Below, piece by piece: positions 34,364 through 45,671 of a stretch of DNA of 64,000 nt. Under the pieces are notes generated by a model. The model was not told where the DNA came from, did no database searches, and saw only the letters and a list, made by a program, of their open reading frames with translations. A program made the translations under genes and the position numbers. How positions within the stretch are numbered: the first letter of the stretch is position 1; every line of letters begins with the position of its first letter. Origin of the DNA: an uncultured Planctomycetota bacterium (lineage in GTDB: Bacteria > Planctomycetota > Planctomycetia > Isosphaerales > Isosphaeraceae); NCBI GenBank assembly GCA_963823665.1, contig CAWGMQ010000003.1, positions 32,001 to 96,000 of the forward strand. The letters run 5' to 3'.

Positions 34364-35843
34364 TCAAGCCAACACATCCTTGACCACCGTCCCATGCACA
34401 TCCGTCAGCCGATGATGCCGCCCCTGATACGAAAACGTCAGCCGCTTATGGTCCACACCCAGGCAGTGTAAAATCGTCGCATGCAGATCGTGCACGTGCA
34501 CCGGATTCGCCGTGATGTTGTAACAGAACTCGTCCGTCGCCCCATACGTGATGCCCGGCTTGATCCCGCCTCCCGCCATCCAGATCGTGAAACACCGAGG
34601 ATGGTGGTCCCGCCCGTAATCCGCCGCCGAAAGCGGCCCCTGGCAATAAACCGTCCGCCCGAACTCGCCCCCCCAGACCACCAGCGTGTCCTCGAGCAGC
34701 CCGCGCTCCTTGAGATCCGCAACCAGCGCCGCCGCCGGCCGGTCCGTATCCCGGCACTGCCCCGCGATCTGCTTGGGCAAGTGCGTGTGCTGGTCCCACC
34801 CTCGATGGAAAAGCTGAATGAACCGCACCCCCCGCTCGGCCAGCCGTCGCGCCAGCAGACAGTTGGCCGCAAACGTTCCCGGCGTGCGCGACTCCGGTCC
34901 ATAGAGGTCAAATATCGAGCCCGGCTCCCCCGATAAATCCGTCAGCTCCGGCACGGAAGCCTGCATCCGGAACGCCATCTCGTACTGGGCAATTCGCGTG
35001 AGGATCTCCGGATCGCCGAACTCGCGATGATTGATCGCGTCCAGCTTCCCCAGGTCGTCGAGCGTCCGGCGCCTCGCCGCCGCCGAGATCCCCGGGGGAT
35101 TCGACAGATACAGCACCGGGTCGCCCACCGATCGAAACTTGATTCCCTGATAACTCGTCGGCAGAAAACCGCTTCCCCACAGACGATCATAGAGCGGCTG
35201 GTCATTAGGGTTCCCCGATCCCCGCGAGATCATCACCACAAACGCAGGCAAATCCTGGTTGTCGCTTCCCAGCCCGTACGCCACCCACGACCCGATGCTC
35301 GGGCGCCCCGCAAGCTGGGCCCCGGTCTGGAAAAAACGTCACAGCCGGGTCGTGATTGATCGCCTCGGTGTGCATCGAGCGAATGAAGCAAAGCTCGTCC
35401 GCAATTTTCGCCGTGAACGGCATCAGCTCCGAAACCTGCGCACCGCTCCCACCGTGTCGCTTGAACGCAAACTTGCTCGCCGCTACCGGAAACTTGTCTT
35501 GCCGCGAGGTCATCCCCGTCAGCCTCTGCCCCATCCGGATCGAATCCGGCAGGTCGTCGCCCTGTAAACGCGCAAGCCCCGGCTTGGGATCAAACAGATC
35601 CATCTGCGACGGCGCACCCGACTGAAACAGGTAGATTACCCGCTTCGCTCGCGCCGCGAAGTTCGGAAAGCCAGCCACGCCGGCCCCCGTCGAAGAAGCG
35701 CCAGCTCCCCCGTCGGCCGCCTCGAGCTCGGCCCCGAAAAGATGCGCCAGAGCGATCGCCCCAACCCCGACGCCGGCGCGGCCGAAGAGCTGCCGGCGGG
35801 TAATCAACATCTCATGCTCGAGCCGCGGGTCCACCGGAATCAC
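34364..35843 (-). CDS. DUF1501 family protein with Tat-like leader; frame break near 35335
   Basis: [56 protein letters not shown]. Confidence 0.93.
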
Positions 35844-38800
35844 TCCTTGGTCAGCGTCTCGTCCAGGTTGAGGATGAGTTGGGCGATCGCCGTATACGCC
35901 GCCAGCTCCACCGCGTCGAGCCGCGCGTCGGGCCGCGACTCCCCCTGCCCGATCAGCGCCAGCGCCCCCTTGCGATCGCGCCGGAACCGCTCGAGCTGAT
36001 TGCGAAATCCATCGACCAGGATCGCCAGCTCCACCGGCCGCGGCCGCCGCCCCGTCGCCTCACGAAACGCCCTCTCGAGCCGCCCCTCGATCGAGCGTTC
36101 TTGCCCGCACATCAGCCGCTCGGCAAATCCGCGCGCGGCCTCCACGAACGTGACGTCATTCAGCACGTCGAGCGCTTGCAGCGGCGTATTCGTTCGCGAT
36201 TCCCGAACGATGCAGGTCTCCCGCCCTGGTGCATCGAATGCCACCATCGCAGGCGGCGGCACGGTACGCTTCCAGAACGTGTAAAGACTGCGACGGTACA
36301 GGCTCGGCCCGTGATCCTGCACATAATCCGCATCAGCCAGCTCATTCCAGAGCCCCGCCGGTTGATACGGCTTCACCGAAGGACCGCCCGCCCGCTCAAC
36401 CAGAAGCCCGGCAAGCGCCAGCGCCTGATCACGGATCATCTCCGCCGAAAGCCGGAGCCGCGGACCGCGGGCCAGCAGCCGGTTCTCGGGATCAAGCGCT
36501 CAGCGCCTCGTGGCTCACCCGCGACGATTGCCGGTACGTCGCACTCGTCACCATCGTCCGCAATAAGCCCTTCACATCCCAGTCCGAGCTCATGAGTTCA
36601 ACCGCCAGCCAGTCGAGCAGCTTGGGGTGCACCGGCGGCTCTCCCTGCGCACCGAAGTCGTCGAGCGTCTTCACAATCCCCGTGCCAAAAAGCATCTGCC
36701 AATCGCGATTCACAGCCACCCGCGCCGCAAGCGGTTGCTCCGGAGAAACCAACCAGGTCGCCAGCTCGAGCCGGTTGCGCACCAGCCTCTCGTTGCCTCC
36801 GTTCAAACACCGTGGCACGCCCGCCGTGACTTTCGCGCGCGGCCGGTCGTACTGGCCCCGCTCGAGCACGTGCGTCACCCGCGGCACCGGCATCTCTTCC
36901 ATCACCATCGTCGTCGGTATCTGCTCGAAAAACGCCGCCTCTTCGCGGCTCACCGCCCGGCGCTCCGTATCCAGTTTCCGAATCCATTCAGGAGCCCCTC
37001 TTGCAAGAAAACACTCGTGGATCTTCCGGGCCGCCCCGGCCGGCCGTGCCTTCGCCGGCGTGGCCAGGATCTCGGCAATCGACTCCTTTGCGGCCAGGAT
37101 CGAGAGTTCGTCTTCGGGCACTGCCGCCGAGTAGATGAACAGGTCGCGGAGCGCACCGCTGAATCGGCTGCCCGGGCCGCCACCCCAGCCCAGCCGGAGC
37201 GGCTCCTTGGTCAGAAACGTCTGATTCAGCTCGTCAAGATGAACCACCATCGCCGCGGGCTTTCCGTTCAGGTAAACCTTCACGCCCTTCGCATACCGTG
37301 AACCATCGTACGTCACCGCGACGTGCGTCCACACCCTCGCGGCGAGCGAGTCCTTCGTCTCCATGCGAATCGCGTCGTCCAGCCAGCGCTTCACCAGGTT
37401 CACCTGCACCTTGCCCTTCTCGAGCACGATGCTGAAGCCCTCGCCCAGCGGCTCATCAACCATCCGCGAGAGAATCGTGCCGCCCCGGCCCCCGGGATTA
37501 ACCCATAGGCTGAACGTGAACTTGTCGTAAAAGCCAAACCCCGCGACGTCGCCCAGAACCGCACCCGGACGGCATTCAGCCGGCGAGGGATGCACAACCA
37601 GATTCTCCTCGATCATCCAATCCGTGGGCGGATTCCTCTGCACAGCGCTTTCCCACTCCGCCTGCGCCGCGGCGATCTTGGGGTCATCCGCACTCGCGTC
37701 TGACTCCAGGAAGGCCGCCAAAAGCACCAGCTCCGCGTGCTTTTCCACCTGCGCCCGAGTCGGTGCTTTGATCATCGGCGGCGAATTGCCGTACTTGAGC
37801 GCTCGCCCTTCTTCCGGAACGTTATTGAACAGCGCAAAGAACCGGTAAAACTCCTCCTGCCCGATCGGGTCGAACTTATGGCTGTGACAGCGGGCGCACG
37901 CCAGGGTGAGTCCCAACCAGACGGTCGCGGTCGTATCGACGCGGTCCACCACATACTCGACCGCGTATTCCTCGGGGATGATGCCCCCTTCTCCATTGCC
38001 GCGATGGTTGCGGTTGAAGCCGGTCGCGATCTTCTGCTTCAGCGTCGCCTTGGGCAGCATGTCGCCCGCGAGTTGCTCGATCGTGAACTGGTCAAACGGC
38101 ATGTTGCGGTTATATGCGTCGATCACCCAGTCGCGCCATCGCCACATCACTCGAGGTGCGTCGGTCTGATACCCGTTCGTATCCGCGTATCGGGCCGCGC
38201 TCAGCCATCGGGTCGCCATCCGTTCGCCGAGTCGCGGCGAGGCAAGCAGCCGATCGACCACCTTCTCGTAGGCATTCGGGCTCTCGTCCCGCTCAAACGC
38301 GTCGATCTCCTCGGCTGTCGGCGGCAGCCCCGTGAGATCGAGCGTCACGCGCCTGAGTAAGATCCCGCGCTCCGCCTCGCGTGACGGTTTGAGCCCTTCC
38401 CGCGCCAGTCGCGACCGGATGAACGCGTCGATCGGATTCCGGATCCCCTCACGTCCTCGAACGGCCGGCACCTCCGGCCGCACCGGCGGAATGAACGACC
38501 AGTGCCGCTGCCACTTGGCCCCCTCGCTGATCCACTGCTTGAGCTTTTCGATCTCCGAGGGGCTGAGCGACTTCCCCGACTTCGCCGGCGGCATCCGCTC
38601 GCCGGGATCCTTCGCCGTGATCCGCCAGTAAACCTCGCTGGACTCGAGATCACCCGGCACAATCGCCCGCCCGCCATCCCGCTCGGCTTTGGCCGAAGCC
38701 TCATCGTCGAGCCTCAAATCCGCCTTGCGCCGCGCAGCGTCGGGTCCATGACATTGATAACACCGATCCGAAAGAATCGGCCGGATGTCGCGGTTGTAAT

Positions 38801-38915
38801 CAATCGGCCCGGCCGCACCAGAACGATTCGCCGCGCCGGCTTGGTCACCGGTCAGCAAACCAACCACGACGGCGGCAAACGCGCTGGCAACCCACCCCAC
38901 GGAATGCCCTCGCAC
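35840..38915 (-). CDS. Planctomycete cytochrome c / DUF1549 / LamG / DUF1553 (PSD1) protein; frame break near 36495
   Basis: CYQCHG, HWSF, NPIDAF, ARYADTNG, CARCHSHKFDP, WTHVAVTYDGS, RRSLYTFWKR, TNTPLQAL. Confidence 0.93.
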
Positions 38916-39144
38916 GAAGAGTTCCTGATCGTGCCGACACGTTCTTTCCCGGCCCTCAGTATAAACGCCACTCGCCAGGAGATCCAAGCCGCGAGCCGAC
39001 GCCGACCGATGAACGACCACGATGTCCGGATCGCGTTTGCTCCTAGGCAACTTCCTGCGCCGTTCCGCTCACTCTTGACCCGCAGTGGAAGTCGGGCTCG
39101 AATGATCGGCGAGAGAGAGCGGGCGTCTACCTCGGATCAAGCCG

Positions 39145-40308
39145 ATGAAAAAGCAATGTCGCGTATGCAAGAGTGTATTGGATACTTCTTCCTTCAACGG
39201 AAGCAGTAAGGAACCCGACGGTCTGGCGAAGACTTGCCGAGCTTGCATCAACAGGCGCAGGCGCCAGCTTCACGCGAGCAAAACTCTTGATCGAAAACCA
39301 CTTCACTTGGGATCGCTCGTAAAAAAGGGTGCTTGCACCGCGATAAAGAGCAATCGAAGTCTGATCAACGCGAGCAACCGCGACCGACTGCTCGCTCTGG
39401 CTGTCATGGATTTCAAGTCGGCTCCCAAAAAAACCAGCCACGTGGAAATCATCAAGTTTCTGATCACGTTGGGCGCACAACCCGATTTCCACCTTGTATG
39501 CGCCGCGACGGTCGGGCCGCATATCGACATTATGAACGCCCTGATCGACGCGGGGGCGGAACGAAACATCTTTACCGCCGCCGCGCGCGGGGATGTAGAG
39601 CGGCTTCGCGATCTGCTTGGTCGGGATAGAGCACTTGCCGCCAAAACCACGGATTACAACCCTTTGGGTGAAAAGGGCATGACCGCGCTCGACTACGTCT
39701 GCCGGTCCGAGCTGGGAAAGGTCAACCCAGCCGATGCGGACCGGCTCGTTCTCTGCGCGGAATTGTTGCTGGCTCAAATGCCGGCGAGACTCGTTCGCAC
39801 CCTGAACCCCCTCATCCAGTGCGCGGCTCGAGGAGGAAGCGTCAAGATCGCAAAGCTTCTCGTCGCGCGAGGATGCCAGCCAGATATTAGCACCCTGCTG
39901 GCGGCCCTCGGTCACGGCCAGCGACATGGTCGAGGCAATTACGACATTGCGGCCCTGTGCCTGAATTCGGGCGTCGACATCAATGACCTTATAGGAAATC
40001 GTACACTGTTGCACGCATTCGCGCACCAGGGCGACATCGTCGGAACCAGGTGGCTGGTTGATCACGGTGCCAGAATCAACGCAACGGATATCGGCAACGA
40101 CACCCCCCTGCATAAAGCCTGCGAGAGAAACTCGACGCTCAAAGTCGTCGAGTTACTCGTGAAGCGCGGCGCTAGCCTGACCGCAGTGAACAACAACGGC
40201 CAGAAAGCTCTCGACGTGGCGATGAAAAACGACAAGAAAAGCATCGCGGCCTATTTGAGAAAGGTGGGAGCCAAACCCGAATCGATAGTCAAGGCGACAA
40301 AACAATAG
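39145..40308 (+). CDS. Ankyrin-repeat protein with N-terminal C4 Zn-finger
   Basis: CRVC...CRAC; IFTAAARGD, TLLHAFA, DTPLHKAC, GQKALDVA. Confidence 0.85.
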   Translation: MKKQCRVCKSVLDTSSFNGSSKEPDGLAKTCRACINRRRRQLHASKTLDRKPLHLGSLVKKGACTAIKSNRSLINASNRDRLLALAVMDFKSAPKKTSHVEIIKFLITLGAQPDFHLVCAATVGPHIDIMNALIDAGAERNIFTAAARGDVERLRDLLGRDRALAAKTTDYNPLGEKGMTALDYVCRSELGKVNPADADRLVLCAELLLAQMPARLVRTLNPLIQCAARGGSVKIAKLLVARGCQPDISTLLAALGHGQRHGRGNYDIAALCLNSGVDINDLIGNRTLLHAFAHQGDIVGTRWLVDHGARINATDIGNDTPLHKACERNSTLKVVELLVKRGASLTAVNNNGQKALDVAMKNDKKSIAAYLRKVGAKPESIVKATKQ

Positions 40309-40312
40309 CACC

Positions 40313-41875
40313 CTAGGCGGGGGGGATGCTCTGGGGATTCCTGAAGAGATTGCTTGGATCGTACGCCTTTTTCACGTCGCGGAGTTTTGGCAAGTTCGCG
40401 CCGTAGTAGGCTTCTAATGGGTCGCGTAGGTTTCGATTTGGGAAGTTCTGGTAGCTCTCATTCGGCGTGTGCGGCGCCATGATCTTGATCATGCCTTCTG
40501 CCCAACCGTCTAGCTGTTTCACAAAAGACGGGGGGACGTTGTTGGGCCAAACCGTCGTGGGGCGGAGCAACGTCAATACGTCGCGATGGACGTATGCCGT
40601 CTGACTTGGGGCGAATTGATTGACGACCTCGCCCCCGACCCACCCCAGTGACCAGAGTGAGCAATTAGCCTCGTCGGAGCGCGCGGGGGCCTCGGCTAAC
40701 AGATCGATGAGGTCGCTGGTGACCTTTTCCGGGAGGGGCTTCCTCGCGTATCGCGAGATGTCGCCGAAGGAGTGCGTTTCGTGCCGCGGCTCGTCTCTGT
40801 TCGCCCAATCGACCCAGATCTTTTGAATCTCCCAGAAATTCATCGTCTCAAAGGTCTGCTTCGTCGGCTTAGCGGCATCGAGGAGCGGTCGCACGAGGTC
40901 TCGCAACTCGTCCGCAGCCCCGATGTAGTGCCCGCGTGACATGACGTTTATGGCTTCGCGAGGCCCCTTGGGTCCCACGAGGGCCGCTTGTGCCATGGCG
41001 ACTGCATTCAGCTTCATGGTCGGATTGGTGAGTAGCTTGTGGAAGGCGATGAAGACAGCCTTCGCCGCGTCCGCTCCCCGCCAGTCGAAGCGGAAGTAGG
41101 TGGCTTCGTCTTCCAGCACCTTCACCAGGTCAAAGACGAAGGAGGTGTTGACCCCGAAGCTGCCACCGGCACCGCCCCGGCACGCCCAGAAAAGCTTTTC
41201 GTGTGTCTTGGCGTCGATTTCGATGACATCTCCCGAGGCGATGACGATCCGCGACGACTTGAGGCGATCGCAGGTCAGGCCGGCCCAGCGGGTGTTGTAG
41301 CCGATTCCTCCCCCGAGCACGAGCCCGCCGATTCCCACGCCGAGACATGTGCCGCCCGGGAGTATGTATGGCCCATCGACGGACTTCTCGAACAAGTTCC
41401 GGTTGCTTGCGGCACCGCCGACGACGGCGGTTCCCTTGTCCTTGTCAATGGTCACCTGATTGAGCTTTTCGATGTTGATCAGCAGTTCCGGGCTGGTCGA
41501 GAAGCCTGCGTAGCTGTGCCCGGCGCCCCGTACGATAGGCCGCACGCCGTGCTTGACCGACCATTTGACGCATGCGACCACGTCGGCCTCGCTCGCGCAC
41601 TGCGCCACCGCGAACGGCCTGATGCTGTTGAATCGACCGTTCGCCGGGGCGCTGGCGGCTTCATATCCGTTATCGCCCGGGAGTAGCAGGCGACCGGTGT
41701 TTATGCTCAGTGCACCCCGGAGCTCGGACAATCCCGTGGACGTAATCTTCTCGGCACTGCCCTGTTCGTCCGCAGCGGGCTCGAGGTGGCAGGCGTCCAT
41801 GCTCAGGGACGCCCCCAGGGCTGCGGACGCGGCGTACCCTGCCTTCAAGAACTCCCGTCGATTGGATTCGCTCAT
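40313..41875 (-). CDS. Tat-exported FAD-binding oxidoreductase (berberine bridge enzyme-like)
   Basis: NRREFLK, RGAGHSY, GGTCLGVGIGG, RGGAGGSFG, YQNF, YYGAN, YDPSNLF. Confidence 0.93.
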   Translation of the reverse strand: MSESNRREFLKAGYAASAALGASLSMDACHLEPAADEQGSAEKITSTGLSELRGALSINTGRLLLPGDNGYEAASAPANGRFNSIRPFAVAQCASEADVVACVKWSVKHGVRPIVRGAGHSYAGFSTSPELLINIEKLNQVTIDKDKGTAVVGGAASNRNLFEKSVDGPYILPGGTCLGVGIGGLVLGGGIGYNTRWAGLTCDRLKSSRIVIASGDVIEIDAKTHEKLFWACRGGAGGSFGVNTSFVFDLVKVLEDEATYFRFDWRGADAAKAVFIAFHKLLTNPTMKLNAVAMAQAALVGPKGPREAINVMSRGHYIGAADELRDLVRPLLDAAKPTKQTFETMNFWEIQKIWVDWANRDEPRHETHSFGDISRYARKPLPEKVTSDLIDLLAEAPARSDEANCSLWSLGWVGGEVVNQFAPSQTAYVHRDVLTLLRPTTVWPNNVPPSFVKQLDGWAEGMIKIMAPHTPNESYQNFPNRNLRDPLEAYYGANLPKLRDVKKAYDPSNLFRNPQSIPPA

Positions 41876-41910
41876 TGGTGGCTGCTCAGCTTGGTTGGTG
41901 CGGCGGCTGC

Positions 41911-41982
41911 CTACCCGTCCCGGAGATCAGGGATGACCTCGAGGGCCTCCATCATGCCGAGGTCCTCGTGAGACAGGATGTG
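41911..41982 (-). pseudogene. C-terminal remnant of a multicopper oxidase
   Basis: Manual translation HILSHEDLGMMEALEVIPDLRDG*, matching the HCHIxxHEDxGMM motif but lacking the leading HC. Confidence 0.7.
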
Positions 41983-42316
41983 TTGGCTTCGCGACCGCTT
42001 TTGTGGCATCGTGATGTGCCCTCGAAGTTCGGAGCCTCGATCGTACTCTACTCAGCGGTTGACGCCGCATTCGGTACTGTCTCGTAGGCTTCAAAAGTGG
42101 GTCGTCGGACCGCTTGCTCTTGGAGCGACGGCCCAAAACCCTTCGCCATTATAGCTGACCCGACCCTGTCAACAATCGGCGAGTGCCCGGCGGCGGCCTC
42201 ACCTAACCTTCGCGGGGTCGCGTCCGACTGAACAGCGCCCTAGAGTCAATCCGTACAGCCCGCTGCCCGTCCTCGCCGTGGGGCACCCGCGCCCCTCCGT
42301 CCAGAAATCCATTGAT

Positions 42317-45037
42317 TCAATACTCCCCATCAATCCCCGGCTCCAGAATTCGCGCTTGCTCGTAAGCTTCCTCCGCCGCATCGAACTTCCCCTGCTTTTC
42401 CAGAATGATCCCCAGATTGTAGTAGGCTTGCGCATCCTTGGGCTCCAGGCGGATCGTTTCGCGGTATGCGGAAATCGCGTCATCCAGACTTCCGAGCTTC
42501 CGCAGCGCCTCGCCGAGCTCGAACCGGATGGTGGCGTTAGTCGGGTTCAGCGCGCCTGTCAGGCGATACGCCACGATCGCGTCATCCAGTTTCCCTTGCT
42601 TAAAAAATGCATGAGCCAGATCGAAGTTCAGGCTCGCGTCGAAAGGCTCAATTGCGAGCGCCTCGCGGAACGCCGCGATCGCCCGTTCGAGCCTCTCCTG
42701 CTCGGAGAATTTACGTCCGAAAAGCGTGAAAGGCTCGGCGCTCGCAGGCTTCAGCCTGATCGCTTGCCGATACGCAAGCACGGCCTCCGTGAGTTTTCTC
42801 GCCTTGTGGAAAAGGTGACCAAGAAAAAACTGCGCGTTGGCGTCAGGCGTCTTGAGCCGTGCCACCGCTCGATAATACCCGAGCGCTTCATCCAGCTTCC
42901 CCGTCTCCGCCAGCAGCAATCCGATGCTGAGCTGAGCCCAGACATGTTCAGGTTTGAGCCGCCCCGCCTCGCGGAATTCGGCGATGGCCGCCTCGAGCTG
43001 ATTCTGCATGGCCAGCACGATCGCGAGGCCAAAATGGCAATCGGGATTCTCGGGATCGAGCCGGACCGCCTCTCGCAGCGTGCCCTCCGCTTCATCTGGC
43101 TTTTGCTCGAGCGTCAAGGCATAACCAAGACCAAGACGCGCCGGCACATGATCATGCTGAAGCCGTATCGCCTCCCGGAACTCAGCAATCGCCTCCCTGA
43201 TCTTGCCCTTCATTTGAAATGCATGGCCGAGCTGGACGTGGGCGTCCGCATCATCGGGCGCCAGCCGAACCGACTCTTTCAAAGCGGCGATCGCTGCATC
43301 CAGCTTTCCTTGCTGGCCCAGCGCGAAACCCAGAGCGAAATGAGCTCGGCCCTCGCTCGGCTTGAGACGGATCGATTCACGAGCGGCAAAAGCGGCGTGG
43401 TCGGGCTTTCCCTGCATCCCCAGCACGTCCGCCAGCGCAAGCCACGCCTCGGCATTCGATGGGCTGATCCCGATCGCTTCCCGAAAACTGCCGGTGGCTT
43501 CTTCGAGATTCCCCTTCTCTTTCCAAGCGTATCCCAGGTCAAGATGCGTCTCGGCCTGGCGCGGCTCGAGCCGGATCGCCTCGCGAAACTCGACGATGGC
43601 TTCGTCGTATTTCCCCTGAGCGGATAAGACGCCGCCCAAGAGCGCATGAGCCTGACCATCGCTCGGCTTGATGCGGACCGCCTCGTGCCCCAGCACGAGC
43701 GCATCGTCAAATTTGCCCGCTTGCGCGAGCGCTTGCCCCAGCCCGACCTTCGCCGCGACGCTCTCCGGGTCCATCTTGATCGCTTCGCGGCACGCAGCGA
43801 TCCCATCCTCCAGGTCCCCATGCGCCGTGAGCGCGGAGCCCAGTTGCACATGCATCCGAAAATCGCCCGGCTTGAGCCGGATCGACTCGCGATATTGAGC
43901 GATCGCCTCCTCGAGTTTTCCGGTGTAAGCCAGTACAGAGCCGAACATGCTTCGCGCCTCCTCGCTCTCGGGCGCGAGCCTGACCGCCTCGCGGCAAACC
44001 GCGATCGCCTCCTCCAGCTTCCCCTGGGCCGACAAGACCGCCCCCAGGCACGAGTGCGACCGATCGTCGCCCGGCTTGATGCGGATCGCTTCGCGATAAC
44101 GGGCACTCGCTTCCTCGAGCTTTCCGTCTCGTTCCAGCAAATACCCCAGGCCGACCTGGACATCGCTGCTGTCCGGCTTCAAACGGATCGCCACGCGAAT
44201 CTCGACCATTGCATCCTTGCGCTGACCATTGGTCTGAAGCGCCAGGGCCATGTTCATGTGAGCCATCGAGCTTTGCGGCCGGAGGGCGAGAGCCGCCGAG
44301 TACGCGCGTACCGCAGCCGCCGGGTCTGCGTTCGGAGTTCCTTCGATATCGAGCGTGCCTTGACTGCTGCAGAACCAGTAATCGTTCGGAAATCGCCGGC
44401 GTCCAACCCGTACCACGGCCGCGGCCGCCCGCCGGTCACCAAGTTCAGCCAACATGAGCGACAGGCTCAGCAGCGAGTTCGCCGGCTGCGTCTCGAGCGC
44501 CTTGACGTCGGCGGCCTGGATCTTTAAGCCGGCCAGAGCATCGGCCGGCGGCCGCCCATGTTGATCGCGCACCGCATTGCGCCACGGGTCTGGATCCGCA
44601 GCCCGTGCCACTGCGACGAGACGGGCCCAGCTCGGAACATGCAATCTCGTTCGGCGAATGCGGCACCACTCATCGATCGCCGCCGCAATCCCCGCAGTCC
44701 CTGGACGCCCGGCGAGTCGCGCGCCCATTTCCTTGGGATCCCCTTTGTCCAGTTCCAGCCCAAACCGCTGAAACGCCGCCGCCAGCTCGCGATCCACCCG
44801 CGAATAGTCGCCATCCTCGCTGTCCGTATCAAGCGCGCTCGACAGATCTTCCAGGAGTCTTCGCTCGGCATCGACGTCGCGCGAGCGCAGTTCTTTCTGA
44901 GGCTCCGCCCGCTTGACCACGTCTTGGGGCAGATTCGCCGCGAAAGCCCTGACACTCCGCCCGAGGTCAGCCGCAACCATTATCGCGCCGACTACGATCA
45001 GGCCCTTCATCCAATCTATGCGATTCCAAATGTCCAT
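42317..45037 (-). CDS. Large TPR protein with N-terminal hydrophobic segment
   Basis: About 19 tandem 34-aa TPRs (G.L.EAIA.FREAIRLKP); start 45037 or 45094. Confidence 0.9.
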   Translation of the reverse strand: MDIWNRIDWMKGLIVVGAIMVAADLGRSVRAFAANLPQDVVKRAEPQKELRSRDVDAERRLLEDLSSALDTDSEDGDYSRVDRELAAAFQRFGLELDKGDPKEMGARLAGRPGTAGIAAAIDEWCRIRRTRLHVPSWARLVAVARAADPDPWRNAVRDQHGRPPADALAGLKIQAADVKALETQPANSLLSLSLMLAELGDRRAAAAVVRVGRRRFPNDYWFCSSQGTLDIEGTPNADPAAAVRAYSAALALRPQSSMAHMNMALALQTNGQRKDAMVEIRVAIRLKPDSSDVQVGLGYLLERDGKLEEASARYREAIRIKPGDDRSHSCLGAVLSAQGKLEEAIAVCREAVRLAPESEEARSMFGSVLAYTGKLEEAIAQYRESIRLKPGDFRMHVQLGSALTAHGDLEDGIAACREAIKMDPESVAAKVGLGQALAQAGKFDDALVLGHEAVRIKPSDGQAHALLGGVLSAQGKYDEAIVEFREAIRLEPRQAETHLDLGYAWKEKGNLEEATGSFREAIGISPSNAEAWLALADVLGMQGKPDHAAFAARESIRLKPSEGRAHFALGFALGQQGKLDAAIAALKESVRLAPDDADAHVQLGHAFQMKGKIREAIAEFREAIRLQHDHVPARLGLGYALTLEQKPDEAEGTLREAVRLDPENPDCHFGLAIVLAMQNQLEAAIAEFREAGRLKPEHVWAQLSIGLLLAETGKLDEALGYYRAVARLKTPDANAQFFLGHLFHKARKLTEAVLAYRQAIRLKPASAEPFTLFGRKFSEQERLERAIAAFREALAIEPFDASLNFDLAHAFFKQGKLDDAIVAYRLTGALNPTNATIRFELGEALRKLGSLDDAISAYRETIRLEPKDAQAYYNLGIILEKQGKFDAAEEAYEQARILEPGIDGEY

Positions 45038-45090
45038 CGGCTCGAAACCGTCCCGCTGCCGCCCTCGCATTCCCACCCCGTCGCTCCTTC

Positions 45091-45540
45091 TCACGATGCC
45101 GACTCCGGATCAATCCGCCATTCAACCCAGAACCGCAGCAAAATCATGCTGACAACGCATAAGAATTCGCCGAGCACGAAAAAGAACGTCCATCCCTTTT
45201 GGTCAAGAAAGAATGCCCCGGCTACGACGGCGCTCAAGATCGGAAACACCACAGCGAGCCTGGCCACCCCGCGCCACTGGATGATGGGCTTGCCATTCTC
45301 CCTGCCAACGAAACCATACCCGCCCAACATGTTCCAACGAACAATGAGCGCCACGAGGAGCAACATCAAACTGCAACAGAAAATCCCGAGCTGAAACGGG
45401 AACACCCAAGCTCCCCTCACGACCAGGGAGATCACGCACGCGCCAATATTCAGGGCACCGAAAACCACGGCAGCGCCCAACATTCGCCACCAGGTCGCCG
45501 TCGGCTTCGCCTGTCCGTTGCGCACCCCGCCGAGCCTCAT
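45091..45540 (-). CDS. Hypothetical four-TM membrane protein
   Basis: Four hydrophobic segments; GGGAG upstream. Confidence 0.65.
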   Translation of the reverse strand: MRLGGVRNGQAKPTATWWRMLGAAVVFGALNIGACVISLVVRGAWVFPFQLGIFCCSLMLLLVALIVRWNMLGGYGFVGRENGKPIIQWRGVARLAVVFPILSAVVAGAFFLDQKGWTFFFVLGEFLCVVSMILLRFWVEWRIDPESAS

Positions 45541-45600
45541 CTCAGTTACTCCCGCTCAGTCAATCGCGTACGCCCGTCCCATGAACGCCCGGAACTCCTG

Positions 45601-45639
45601 CTCTTAATCTTAATCTTAATCTTACTCCTACTCGTATTC
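45601..45639. repeat. Hexamer short tandem repeat
   Basis: CTCTTA ATCTTA ATCTTA ATCTTA CTCCTA CTCGTA. Confidence 0.8.
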
Positions 45640-45671
45640 AAACTCCCAAATCCCCTTACATCTCTTCCCTC

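Noticed and set aside
42278..43627. 449-aa plus-strand ORF and similar long overlapping ORFs across the window
   Set aside because: Antisense shadows of high-GC coding genes with no family motifs
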